Positions 26,676-40,100 of a DNA stretch of 64,000 nt are shown here, one piece after another. The DNA is from Felis catus (lineage: Eukaryota). How positions within the stretch are numbered: position 1 is the first letter of the stretch; the number at the start of each line of letters is the position of its first letter. The DNA lies in contig NC_058368.1 in NCBI RefSeq assembly GCF_018350175.1, positions 223,512,001-223,576,000 of the forward strand, written 5' to 3'. The notes beneath the pieces are model-generated. The model was not told where the DNA came from. It worked only from the letters and a program-made list of their open reading frames with translations, and ran no database searches. The position numbers were made by a program, and so were the translations under genes.

Positions 26676-27396
26676 GTAAATATTTCATTCAGTGATACCA
26701 TTTATCATTTTATACTGAAAAATGCACAATCTTATCACTTAGCTTAAATAAAAGCTATGCGGATTAGTAAAGAAGAAAAAATTGATCTCAGTTCACAGAT
26801 GACACAATTGTATGTGTAGAAAATCCTAAGGAATCAACAACCACAACAAAACGTCCTGGAACCAATAAGCATTATAACAAGATTTCAGGATACACGGTTA
26901 TATAAAAATAATTTTCTTATATACCAACAATGAAAAAGTGGAAAATGATTTTAAAACATAATGCCATTTAGGTTAGCTTCCTTCCAAAAGAAATACTCAG
27001 TAATAAATCTAACAAAGTAGATACAAAATTGTTATGAGTAAAACTACAAAATTAGGATGAAAGAAACAAAGAACTAAATAAATGGACAGATATTTCATGT
27101 TCCTTAATTGAAGACTCAATATTGTGAAGATGTCAATTCTTCCAGTGATATCTATAGCTATGATGGAATGCCAATCCAAATCTCAGCAAGTTATTTCGTG
27201 GATATTGACAAACTGATTCTAAAGTTAATGTGTAGAGGCAAAGACCCAGAATAGTCAAGACAATATTTAAGAAGAAAAAGTTGAAATACTGATACTATCT
27301 GACTTTAGGATTTACTACAAACTATAGTAATCAAGAGAGTGTGGTGTTGATGAAAAATAGACAAACATATAAATAGATCAGAATAGAAATTACAGA

Positions 27397-27611
27397 GGGG
27401 CACCTGGGTGGCTTAGTCGGTTGGGCATCTGACCAGCTCAGGTCATGATCTAACCGTTGGTGGGTTCAAGCCCCATGTCAGGCTCTGTGCCAAAATCTCA
27501 GAGCCTGAAGCCTGCTTCAGATTCTCCCTCTCTCTCTCTACAACTCCCCTGCTCACACTCTGTCTCTCTCTGTCTCTCAAAAATAAATAAAAATGTTTAA
27601 AAAATATTTTA
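27397..27611 (+). mobile_element. Can-SINE nested in L1
   Basis: TSD agaatagaaatt(a/c)caga. Confidence 0.92.
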
Positions 27612-27844
27612 AGAATAGAAATTCCAGAGATAGACCCTTGTACATATAGGCAACTGATCTCTGACAAAGGAGCAAAGATAATACAATGGAATAAAATCAT
27701 CTTTTCAGTAAATGGTTTGAGATGAATTGATATCATATGCAGAAACAATAAAATGACATAGACATTACATCCTTAGAAAAAGTAACTCATGATGTATCAG
27801 AGACCTAAATATGAAACACAAAACTTTAAAATTCCTGAAAGTTG

Positions 27845-28032
27845 GAGGATGCCTCAGGGACTCGGTTGAGTGCCTGACTCTTGATTTCAGATCAGATCAT
27901 GATTCAGGGTTGCAGGATTGAGCCCCATGTCGGGCTCTGAACTGAGCATGGAACCTGTTTAAGATCCTCTCTCTCTCCCTTTGCCTTTCTCCCCTGCTTG
28001 TGCTCTTTCTGTCTCTCTCTCTCTAAATAGAT

Positions 28033-28082
<50 letters not shown>

Positions 28083-28088
28083 AAGATA
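27845..28088 (+). mobile_element. Can-SINE with the tail converted to (GATA)n
   Basis: SINE body followed by (GATA)n at about 28027-28083. Confidence 0.88.
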
Positions 28089-29729
28089 AGTACAATTCCC
28101 ACCTGGTAACATAGATGAAAACTAGGTGACCTTGGGTGTGGCAATGACTTTTTATATACAATACCAAAATAATGAACTGTGACAGAAATAATAATCTGGA
28201 CTCCTCCCCCCCAAAAAAATTGTTTTCATTCTACACTGTGAAAGATACTGTGAAGAGAATGAGGAGATAAATCATGTCCCGGCAGAAAGTATTTACAAAA
28301 GACAAATCTCATAAAGGACTGTTATATAAAATATACCACAAACTCTTAAAATTCAACAATAATAAAACAACTCAGCTTACAAAATGGACAAAAAACCTAA
28401 CAGACATCTCACCAAATAAGACCTACTTATGGGAGTAAGAATTTGAAAAATGGCCCGACATCATCTGCCAGGGAAATAAATATGAAAACAAGACACTACT
28501 ATACGCCTAATACAATGACCAAAATTTGGAACATTGACCAACAAATGTTGGTCAAGATATGAAGCCACAGGAACTCTCATTTACTGTTGTTAGGAATGCA
28601 AAATAATATAGCCACTTTGACAGTTTGACATTGTCTTTCAAAACTAAACAGACTTTTACCATGTGATCCAGTAATTATGCTCCTTGATATTTACTCAAGG
28701 AGTTAAAAACTTATTTCCAAACAAAAACCAGTAGACAGGTGTTTATAGCAGTTTCACTCATAATCACCAAAACTCAGAAACCACCAAGATGTCTGTTAGC
28801 AGGTGAACGTATAAACAACTGCATACCCGAAGAATGCAGTATTATTTAGCACTAAAACTAAATGAGCTCTCAAGCCATGAAAAGACATGGAGAATCCTTA
28901 AATATCTATTACCAAGTGAAGAAGACAATCTGAAAAGACCACATACTATCAACTTTATGGAGAAGGCAAAGTTACAGGGATAGTAAGGGCAAAATTACAG
29001 AAAAAGTAAAAAGATCAATGACTGCGAGGCATTGAAGGAGGGAGAGATGAATAGGTAGATCAGAAAAGATTTCAAGGCAGTAAAACTATAACTGAGGACT
29101 TTGGGTGATAATGATGTGTCAGTGTTGGTTAATCAATTATAGCAAATGCACCGTTCTAATTCAGGATGTTGGTAGTGGGAGAAAATGTGTGTTTGTGTGG
29201 CAAGGGAGGAATAAGGAGAGGGTAGACAGTAACTGTACTTTCTTCTCAATTTTTCTGTGGACCTAAATCTGCTCTAAAAAAGTCTATTTGGAAGGACAAA
29301 AGTTACTGTGCATTGGCGGTGTTCTAGGCTGCCCCACTTACGCGCATCTGGGCAATGTGTTAGAAAAAGATTACTGTATTCTACAGCAATTTGACAAGCA
29401 TTCTCCATTTACCTATGTGCCCTTGGGGTAGGTCATAGCTAAGCACATCCACTGGAGCACCCTCAAGAGAACTCTGAGTTTCAGTGGGTTCGTAGACAGT
29501 CATTTCTGGGAAGTATGTGTCAATTCTGGATACACTGTTTGCTTTCTATAAGCAAATGTGGCTGACAAGCTTCTTCTCATTTTCTGTCAGACACACCTAT
29601 ATTATAAAAGAAGGGATATAATGGGAATGGAATAAAATTATTGAAATGTATACTCTAAAACAGGGGTTGGGCTGATTTCTCTTCTCTGATTCTCTTAAAT
29701 GAATAGCATTCAAATTGTGTAAATGTATT

Positions 29730-29908
29730 GGGGCGCCAGGGTGGCTCTGTTGGTTAAGCATCTGACCTTTGATTGCGGCTCAGGTCACGAGTCTCAGGGT
29801 TCATGGGTCAAAGCCCCATGTTGGGCTCTGCACTGACAGTGTGGAGCCTGCTTGGGATTTTCTTTCTTTCTCTCTCTCTCTCTCTCTCTCTCCCTCTCTC
29901 TCTGTCTC
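29730..29908 (+). mobile_element. Can-SINE lacking an A tail
   Basis: TSD tcaaattgtgtaaat(g/a)tat on both flanks. Confidence 0.9.
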
Positions 29909-29939
29909 AAATTGTGTAAATATATCTATCTTTCAGTTT

Positions 29940-30159
29940 GTTTTTTTTTTAATTTTTTTTAACATTTATTTATTTTTGAGACAGAGAGAGAGCTTGAACA
30001 GGGGAGGGTCAGAGAAAGATGGAGACACAGAATCTGAAACAGGCTTCAGGCTCTGAGCTGTCAGCACAGAGCCCGATGCGGAGCTCGAACCCACGGACCG
30101 CGAGATCATGACCTGAGCGGAAGTCTGACGCTTAACCGACTGAGCCACCCAGGCGCCCC
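29940..30159 (-). mobile_element. Young felid Can-SINE
   Basis: CpG-rich body. Flanks tatctttca(g/c)tttg. Confidence 0.93.
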
Positions 30160-31980
30160 TATATCTTTCACTTTGTAATGATTGATTTTGCTATTATATT
30201 TTTATATCCAGCAAATGACACTTAAAGATTCCATTGTAAAAAATTATCCTTCTCAAACTTCTACACACCAGAGGCATGTCCCATTTATAGTGTATTTTTT
30301 TCAGAACATCTTTATTTTTTTCAAATAATAGAAAGTATATGTTTCTTTCATAAAATATTTTCATAAAGTCTCAGCTTGTTCATTTCTGCATCGATTCAAT
30401 TCCTTCTTATATAATTATCATACGTGATAAAACATTGTTCTTTGTATTAAGGATGCTTGAGGCTTTTTCATATGCATGAATTAGATGAATCATTTATTAC
30501 CATATTATTATAATTTCTTTTGATAAGAATAATTTTCATTTCTATTTAGCTTCAGGAAAATTTTCCTGAACTCCCTCAATTAAAAATTCACAAATATTGA
30601 AAGTTGTGGGATCACTTTTCCTGGTTCCTGAGGCCCTGCTCTCAAAGTCATTACACATATAATCAATTCAGTAAAACAACAAAAAAAACCTGCTGTAGTG
30701 TTGTATGTTCTGAACAACTGATTGACGGATCCTTTCCACCTTTGAAAGACTACTTTCAGTTTGAATATACGTACAACCCTATGTTCTTTAATTACATCAA
30801 CATATTGTCTGTAAAACTGTGTTAAACTCTATAGTGAGCAGTTTTTATAATTGCCACTGTGCTATGAATTATACTGCTAACTAATCACTGGTGTGATTGG
30901 TCAAAGCTATTGGTCCCTTCTCAAAAAGAATATGATCCAAATATTTTTAGTAAAAGTAAAAAGGTGGTTGTTAAATGTTGTCCTATGTATGGAGTAGCAA
31001 ATACGTTTATATTTTACATGCATATATAATATAAATGTAAATACATATCTATCTATATACAAATATACTTATTTATAATATAGCTCATCTACATGAGGAC
31101 TTTTTTTTATAATATAGTTAATAGTCCTTGGCCCTCTGGAAAATGTGTTTCCATTTTAAATTTAAGGCTCTATCGACAAAGCTATCTAATTTGTGTGTGT
31201 GCACATGTACTTCTGTGTCATACAAATGGAGATATAACACATAACATTTTTTATCTCTTTATTGAATCCAAGTAATACTTCATAAAAGACTACCTTTAAT
31301 GTCTCCTTTGGCACTGTGAAATAAAGCCTGTGACTTTTACCTGTGATTTTTGGAATCCATTTCATTACTTTATTTTGCTTAGGTACTTAGATCTAGTTCT
31401 TACTGTAGCTGTCATTTCCTGATAAAAATAGTGAGTTTCTTCATCTTGATAAATGTTAAAATGACTCTTGTCTATAATCTTTGTTCAAGTATCCACAATT
31501 CTTCCATGTTTTCCAGCATCCAACTTTGACAGTCCTGACAGGAAGCTATGTAAATTTTTCTCTAAAGAGGAAAATTAACCTCTTCTCAAATCATCTTAAC
31601 TGACGTTTTTGAGGAGCACAACTTGTGAAATATTTAGTATTCCAGCACGAGTACAAGCTTGGGCAACGGGGCTGTTCTGCAAGGCACCCCGAGGAACGCA
31701 AAAGAATGGGCATCTTAATTTACCACGAATAGAATGGTTTGAGACACGTGGTTGCCAATGAAGGGGTCAAATGGGGTGGTTTTCGTAACATGTTTAAGGT
31801 ACTGTTTGTCTCAGAAGTGGCTTTCTCACAAAAGTATTTCATTTAAAAATGCACTTCTGAAAATATGCAGAAAAAAAGCTGGCTCTGTGGCTCAATGAAA
31901 CTATGGGGGAAAAACGATACATCTGTGCTATTTCTCATTTAATATATAATCTGTACTGTTTTGTTTAAAATATGTTACAG

Positions 31981-32148
31981 GAGTTATTAGAACTGCCTTA
32001 CATAATATGGACAGAGAAGCCAGAGAACACTATTCAGTGGTCATTCAAGCCAAAGACATGGCTGGGCAAGTTGGAGGACTTTCAGGGTCGACAACGGTCA
32101 ACATCACCCTGACTGATGTCAATGACAACCCCCCACGGTTTCCTCAAA
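31981..32148 (+). CDS. CDH18: Cadherin-18 internal coding exon (end of EC2 and Ca2+-binding linker), 168 nt, phase 1-1
   Basis: Acceptor ttacAG ends at 31980 and donor GTATGT starts at 32149. Encodes (G)[55 protein letters not shown](K), with cadherin DRE, AxD and DxNDN motifs. The peptide matches CDH18 as I recall it. Confidence 0.95.
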
Positions 32149-32579
32149 GTATGTACTTGTTTCTTATGATTTACATTCATCACTCTTCATACACGTAAAA
32201 CAAAATGAAATACTTACATATGTAATATCATGTCACCGTTCGCTAAAATGGGAATATTTTGTTTTTGTGCTGATTTCCCTTGTCTAAACAAGAGTAAGGA
32301 AATCACTCCACTTATTGTCTTCTGAACCTGGTGGTTAATTGTCACTGTGTTTAAAAAATATTGTTTCAGGTGGCATTACAGTTAAATATTAAAAGTGATA
32401 CAGTGGTCCTGAGAAATGATATCTTGCATTTGCTAAAGCAGTTATGTATTACTAAGGCATATAGGGAGATATCCAAAATACATTCTGAGGTGAACATTCT
32501 ACTCTTGCAAAATAAAATTGCATATGTGCTTTCTGTGACAGAAATTGAAAAAAAAATCTTCATGTTATACATGAATGTG

Positions 32580-32581
<2 letters not shown>

Positions 32582-32619
<38 letters not shown>

Positions 32620-32625
32620 ACACAC
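32582..32625. repeat. (CA)n microsatellite
   Basis: Visible directly, with one interruption. Confidence 0.95.
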
Positions 32626-34011
32626 CACCCCGAAGCAAGGTGCGGCTAATTCCATAAGGTGGGCTCTCAGAGTAGAAGATGAACTTTGTGAATGGAGGGC
32701 ACAAACTTTCAGACAATTCAGGGGGAGAAGATGTCAGTTCCGTGAGTGTGAAAAGAAATGGTGTTTATGACTTCCTCATAGTGGGAAAGAAATATTTTTC
32801 ACTCTTTCTAATGTGGTAGAAACTGCGGATGACATTTTATAGAATAATCTGTAATTATCCTAAAAGTCCTGTAGGGGTGCTATGCCCTTCTGATCCATGA
32901 TGTTTAAAAACTATAATAAAGTAGATACGATGGTATGTCAACACAGGCTCTTCACAAGTATGTGTGAAATGCCTTCGCTCGCTGTGTCTCTTACTATTTC
33001 TCTCTGAACACTCTGGAAGAGCCACAGTTGAGTACTGCCTGTTTCCAAAACATCTTGCACATTCTTGATTCAACGCAGAATTTTCCACACTCACATTTCT
33101 CTGTTTATAAGCTCTGTTAAAATTTTCTCTGAAGTCTGTTGCAGAATTAACAGTTAATAAATCCTTGTTTTCTGTTACGTGGCACTTTAATGTTTTATTT
33201 ATTTCCATAGGTACTATGAGTCTAAGTAAGAATGATGCTTGAATTGTCTATGTAAATTTAAATGTTCAGATCAGTGCCCAGCTCTTGATAGATGGTTATT
33301 AGATCAATGAGTGAATGAGTTGAATTTTAATATTTTGTCAAACTACCACTGTGAAAAGATATCCAAGTCAAGTACATAGGTAGAATCAATTTTAAAATAT
33401 TGGTTCTAGAGATAGACTGTGTGACCTGATTCATTCGTGTGTCCTTTGCTCTATGAAGAAAGTAGGTTTAGAAGAAAATTAAAAATCATTGATAAGTCCA
33501 CCTGGCATTAAACCACAAAATTAAATTTTAAATCATTTTACAAATTACATTGTATTTTTGTATTTATTTTATCACTTGGTCCATACAATGTTCATATATA
33601 CATACAGCACTCTAAGACAACTGCTATTCTTTTATAGGATAAGGACACTGAGGTTCAAAGAATTTGTAATGTAATGAACAATAAGCTACACTCAGTCGAA
33701 CATAAACTTTATTATAGTTTACAACAACAACTCATCTATTTCAAGTAGATCCCACCATGACTCTTTTAAAGATATATGTTAATATCATAGTTCCTAAAAG
33801 AATGAGACTCGAGTGATACACTATCAGAATTCAATAAATGCTTGGTCATGATACAAATAGCATCTCTCACGCTTTCTCTGCCTCCTTCTCTCCCTCCTTC
33901 TCTCCCTCCTTCTCTCCATAAACTAAGTTTTAAATTTACAAGCCCATTAAAATTGATTTTCAAAATAAACAGAAAATTTTGATTGTGATAAATATAGCAT
34001 AATGATACATA

Positions 34012-34195
34012 ATTTTATTTTTTAAAGTTTATTTATTTGGGGGGGGGGGGAGGCAGAGAGAGAGATGGACAGAGGATCCAAGCGGGCTCTGTGCTGACAG
34101 CAACGAGCCCAGTGTGGGGCTTGAACTCATGGACTGTGAGATCATGACCTGAGTCGAAGTCAGCAACTCAACTGACTGAACCACCCAGGCACCCC
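34012..34195 (-). mobile_element. Can-SINE
   Basis: gagatcatgacctgagtcgaagtc...ccacccaggcacccc. Confidence 0.88.
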
Positions 34196-35054
34196 TTATT
34201 TTGATTAATAACAAGGTTATTGTTGAAATATCAGTTTATGATGAAAACAAGTATTTTATCTGACAAAGAAACAGAATACATGTATACTCTCTGAGTGAAC
34301 TCAGTGTATCTATGGGGATCTCCCTTTCTTCAGTCAGTAACAGGTCTCAACCCTGTCACGCTGTGAGATGCACTTAGAGTTTAGAAACAGAGATGCTATA
34401 TACCCAGAACCTCACACTCCGACTTGCTGAAGAGATTGTTTAATCTGTAATCCCATCGGACTAAGCACAACGCTACTTTTAAAATTTTAGTGTCACCATA
34501 ACAAGAGTAGCTTGCAGTAAATTATTTTTTAATTTACCTGTAATCATCATGAGTCATCAAATGGCTACCCATGTAATGGGAAACTCTGTAAATGCTTAGA
34601 GGAAAATGTGATATGTTATGAGGACTTGTGTTACGAAGCACAAATCTTTATACAATTCAACTTAGGTAAAGATTATATCCAGCCGTCAAATGGATCCAGT
34701 AATTTGCACCTCTTCAGATGTGTAACATTTTCACAGGTCTCCTTCTGATTTCTTTCTCACATCGCCTGTCTCAAGCAGCCATTGTTCTTACACCAGTACT
34801 GTGATCCACTCTGGTGTAAACACCTGCACACAAAACTTTGCAGAATATTCCTTCAAAGCATTTTTCCCTTTTTTCTTTCTTCGGTTAACCTACCACGCCC
34901 CGAGAAAGTGAATCAGTTTGTTATGTCTTGTATATCAGTTTGTTATAGCTTAATTTAAGGTTATCGTTGTATTTTAACTTAAAATAAATTGGCTCTGAGT
35001 GACTTTGAAAACTCAGGAACGAACCAGACTGATAAGTTGCTTTACAAAGTCTCT

Positions 35055-35270
35055 ACACTAGGGAGTTGCAAACCAAGCGGCCTAGGATGCAAGGCAAATA
35101 AAGATCCAGACGGAAGCAGGCTGCCCGTCAGGGTCAGGGAGGCAGAGGACAGAATAGACACCAGTTGGTACTTGCCCATCTGAGAGGACAGCCACTGCTC
35201 AGTTATAGGTAATGCCTGCATGTGGCCAGGAAAACGTTAAGGAGGGAGCCACTTGCAAGTCTCCCAGTGA
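35055..35270. mobile_element. Old hAT fossil (MER103C-like)
   Basis: gagttgcaaacc... and gacagccactgctcag phrases. Confidence 0.4.
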
Positions 35271-35710
35271 AAGAACAAATCAGGCCTTCTATGGCTTGAA
35301 TCTTTACTCAAAGAGGACAAGGGATGCCCAGTTCTCCTTCACAGAAAACTTTTGGGGTATGAAATTCCTCCATATTAGTCTTTCTGTTGAAAGGAATATA
35401 TTGCACGTTGTAAGATTCTTGCCATGCCCTGTTGTGGCTTTGACTATGTTACAGTTTATTACACTTATTGCTTAATTTATTCTTAGGTAGGTAAAAAGTC
35501 CCTGACCTCCATTTTTCTGTATAAATAATATGCATATAAATATCGATAACTTACATGAAAATTCATAAAGCAAACATTCTGTATCCTAAATGAAGGGATC
35601 TGTATTTTGACAATTGCCTTTGAGTACATAAGAATGAATAACATATTTGGGGAAAGAAGAAAAAAAACCCATATATGTCAAATAATCACAGTAAAATGGT
35701 AGAAACTTGA

Positions 35711-35939
35711 TTTTTTTTATTTAAAAACATTTTTATACATTTATTTATTTTGGGGAGACAGAGAGAGACAGGGCACAAGTGGGGGAGGAACAGAGAGAGA
35801 CTGAGACACAGAGTCCAAAGCAGGTTCCAGGCTCTGAGCTGTCAGCACAGAGCCCGACATTGGCTCGAATTCACAAACCACGAGATCATGACCTGAACTA
35901 AAGTCAAATGCTTAACTGACTGAGCCACCCAGGCTCCCC
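35711..35939 (-). mobile_element. Can-SINE (felid type)
   Basis: Full body. Flanks gaaactt(g/a)att. Confidence 0.9.
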
Positions 35940-36339
35940 GAAACTTAATTATTAACAAAACTTCCCTGAAGAACTTGAAATGAATGCAAACTTGTACACC
36001 ATCCCACAACTTTAGCTACTTGTGACCAGAATTGCTATAGTGCCGTGGAATATTTGGAGGATCAATGCCTAAGAGTTCAATAGACGTTAATGCTTTTGTT
36101 GAGAGCAAAATATTTTAGAGGAAAGTTGTCTTCAATTTACTATTTTAATTTTCATGAAAATCAATCTAAATGACATATAATACATTCAGCATTAATATTT
36201 TATTTGAAACAGAAAATGAAAGAAACAAAACAAGAAAGCTTCTCCTTTGATCAATCAAATTATGAAGTGTATGTTTTAATTATCAGCAACTTGGTGTTTC
36301 TCTAGTGTATTTTAAAAATGCTATCTAGTTCACTTTTTT

Positions 36340-36770
36340 TCTTTTTCCAGTTTTTATTTAAATTCCAGTTAGTTAACATACAATATGATATTAGTTTCAG
36401 GTGTAGAATTCAGTTATTCATCACTTAACACACAACACCCAGTTCTCATCACAAATGCCCTCCATGGTTAATGTCTGTTTTATGGTTTCCTCTCTCTCCC
36501 CCTGCAGCCCCTATTTTCATCTGTTTTATTTCTTATATTTCACATCTGAGTAAAATCATATGGTACTTTTCTTTCTCTGACTTATTTCGCTTAGCATAAT
36601 ACTCTCTAGGTGATCTCTAGGTGATTGCAAATGGCAAATGTCAATATACATATATATACATATATATATATATACGTGTATATATATACATACATACATA
36701 TACATACATATAAATATATACATATGTGCATATATGTATACATATGTGTATACATATGTGTATATATATA

Positions 36771-36819
<49 letters not shown>

Positions 36820-37160
36820 CATCTTCTTTATCCATTCATCAGTTGATGGACATTTGGGCTCTTTCCATGGTTTGGCTATTGTTGATAATGCTGCTATAAA
36901 CATCAGGTGCATGTATTCCTTCAAATCAGTATTTTTGTGTCCTTTGGGCAAATACTTAGTAGTGCAATTGCTGGATCATAGGGTAGCTTTATTTTTCATT
37001 TTTGGAAGAACCTCCATTCTGTTTTCACCAGCTTGGCTATACCAGTTTGCATTCCCACCAACAGTGTAAGAGAGTTTCCCTTTCTCTGCATCCTTGCCAA
37101 CATCTGTTTTTTCCTGTATTGTTAATTTTAGCCATTCTGACAGGCATGAGGTGATAGCAT
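36340..37160 (-). mobile_element. Carnivore L1 3' fragment with an internal (TA)n-rich tract
   Basis: Minus-strand translation [28 protein letters not shown] matches the L1 ORF2 C-terminus. (TA)n at about 36645-36815. Confidence 0.9.
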
Positions 37161-37199
37161 TTTAGTACGGTTACAGGTATATATTCTGAAACTTGCCAA

Positions 37200-40100
37200 G
37201 GGTTTTTCTAAATGTCAGTGTGTATTTTTTTGAGATAGTATCCCTATGCACTTTGGAAGACAGTAAATTCTGTAACTTCATGCTTTGTTTTCTACATATG
37301 TAAATTAGTTCATTTGTTGTGCCTTTAATTTTTGTTTGTAAGCTATTGAGACATGTATGTTAATGTTTCCTGCGATTTCAATGCATTTTTCTATTATTTT
37401 CTGTTTTGGGGTTTTTTAGATATAGTTCATGATATGGGGTGCAAGATATCTTCCTCTTACATTGAAAATGTTTCATTTTGGAACATCTCTCTATAATAAT
37501 CATTTATAACATAAAGTCCATTTTATCTGATATTAATATAACTATATCAGATTTTTTAAAATTTTGGCTAATGGTTAGATGGTATAATGTTTTCCATCCT
37601 TTTCCTTTCAAGGTATATTTTTTTTGATTTTTAAAAGTTTCATATGAGCCACTAAACTGCTATTGTTTTGCTTTATTTTCATCTGGTTTCACATTATTTG
37701 TTTATTTTGATTTAATGTACTTACAATAAATTTAATTACTGATATATTTTTGTGTAAGTCAGCCATCTTGCTATTTGTTTTTTTTTAATTTTTCTCTTTT
37801 TTCTTCTTCTAGTTTTGAATAGTTAATATATTCCACTGCCTTCATTGTCCCCTTAGTTAACAATTTACTTCAATTTTTCTTTAATATTTGCTCTAGATAA
37901 TTACAATTTTTTTCCAAATTAAATTATAATTTTATCACCTGAAACAAATGGAACAACAAATTGTCCCCATTACATAGACTTTTTCTTTTTTTGCTATTTT
38001 GACATTTTATATACGAAGCAATACAAAAAATTGTCATTATGTTTGTTTTGTTAAATAGTAAATAATATTTTTTAAGTCAATAATAATTTATCCTTTCTGG
38101 TTGTGTTTGCTCTTCCTGGATTGCTGTCTTTCTAAAGGAAATTCTACATTTTGTATAAAAATCTTTCTGCTGTTCCTTTTTGTACTGATCTACTGTCAAT
38201 GAATTCTTCATATTTTTTTCTTAACTTACAATTTTTGATACTTTTTTTAGAGTGTATTTCACTGGGAGTAGAACTCTAATGTGAAGAATTTTCCTTATTT
38301 TAAAATGTAATAAATGATGCAGTGTAATTGTCTGCTGAATGCCATGTTGTCTGTTGAAAATCAGCTATCAGTCTAACTGGTTTATTGTAGGTTAGTTTTT
38401 CTCCACTTTAATGGATCTTTTTTTTATTTTAAATATTGTTTTGTATTTGATATTCAAGAGTTTAACTCTGGTTTACTTAAGAGGTACTTTAAAAAAATCT
38501 ACTTTTGGGTTATAAGGAATTTTTAATCTAGCTTTTGTTCTGGAAAATCTGGATCAGTATTTATTCAAAAATATATATATATATATAATTTTCTGTTTGT
38601 TTTCTCACTTCCTCCTACTGGTTGTGCAAAAACATGCATGTTAGTGATGAGGTTTTGGGGTGACGGTGGGGTTCAGAGCTGATGGTCAGGAAAGAATTCT
38701 TGAAGACATCTTTGGTGCAAAAGGTATGACAAAGGAGGTTCCTGGAGAAAAGGTTTACTCTGTTTTTGCCTCAAGTATTTGCCAATAGGCTGCAAGTTAT
38801 ACGGAAATTTAATTTTATCTGTCATTTCCTTCTTTCCTTTGTTCCTCACTTCACTATGGAGGAAAGGGTGGTATTAGGGGCTCCGGGAAATTGAGTCTGT
38901 AAATTTCTGGAGATTAGGCTATTGATAAAGTCATCTTCTTCTTTTAATTTACTAAGATGTTTGTAAACTGAAGGAGACTCCTGCCCTGAAGGACTGTGAT
39001 CTTTATCAGTTTACTATTTGTTTTCTTTCCTTTCTTTGTTCTTGGGCAGCCAGAGGTGCCTGAGGAATATCACACATATCCTACCTGGAAGGGGTGGGTG
39101 TGGGGATGGGGAACAGTGTGTGCTAACTTGTGGCTTGCCTCAGCTTATTTTATGGTCCCTCATCATTAGGTCTTTTAGCTTTGCACCATAAATCTATTAT
39201 TTTCTGTGTATTTACTTATTATTTTGATCTCTGTCTTCTTTAACCTGGATATTTTATATTGCCCTACATTCTAGTACAGTATTTTCCCCTTTATTTTCTA
39301 ATGACTTGTCTCCTAAAGCTATTAAGTACATACGTTAGCACTGAAATATTTTAGTTCTATAATTTTCATTCGACTTATTAAATATACATTATAGGTATCT
39401 GATAAAATTATCTACTTTGTTCCACTTATCTACTTTTTTCCATGTGTTTTTAAGCATTAATCATAATCATTTCAAAACTCTTTTCTAATAACTTTAATGT
39501 TAGCATCCAATCTGGGTATTTTTATTGATTTTTTCCCTTATTTGTGTTGGTAGTTTTCTAGTTCTAAGCATGCTTTGGAATTATTGACTGAACATTATGT
39601 ATAAAGAGTTATAACAGTGACTGATTATGTCATCTTCCTCCAAAGAGAGTTATTTGCTTACCTAAATTACTTACATTATCTTAGAACTGCTTTATATCAT
39701 TTTCCCCTTATTCCTGGGAAGTTTTTATTCCTAAACACACATTTTTGTCTAGTATCAACCGAAGCATTTAGCAATTCTGAGTCCTACTGTCTATCGGCTG
39801 CTGAAATCTCTATTAGCTCTGGCGCCTTCCAGCTTTGCTTTTTCTTGGTCTCTTGGAGTCTCCACATGTGTACATGTGGCATACGTATCTGCAATTATCG
39901 CAGAAATATTGCTTTCACATTTCTGGGACCATTTCTCTGAGGTTTCTCCTTTCTGTGCCTTTGTTCTTATTTAAGCTATTATGCCAGCCCTGATTCCCAA
40001 CCTCTGTCTTCCAGAAACTATATAATTGCTGCTTGGATTCTTTCCCCTAGCACTACATATTTTTTTTAAAAAATGCTCTGAGTCATTGTCAGTATAAAAA

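Larger units (their letters stand above)
26770..29288 (+). mobile_element. Decayed L1 (ORF2 3' part plus 3' UTR, L1MC-like) with two nested SINEs
   Basis: ORF2 remnants (cagatgacacaattgtatgtgtagaaaatcctaa, gaagactcaatattgtgaagatgtcaattct) and 3' UTR ggactttgggtgataatgatgtgtcagtg...ctgctctaaaaaagtctat. Confidence 0.85.

Noticed and set aside
1..31980. Preceding CDH18 exon (expected ...DADDPTYGNSA... segment)
   Set aside because: I could not find it by eye. It is presumably upstream of the window. The exon after 59380 was also not seen.
32149..32198. ORF-track extensions beyond the exon boundaries (also 59147-59192 and 59381-59404)
   Set aside because: These are read-through into introns. Cadherin similarity stops at the splice sites.
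36556..36951. 131-aa ORF with a recognisable protein motif
   Set aside because: It is an L1 ORF2 C-terminal remnant read through a TA microsatellite, not a host gene.
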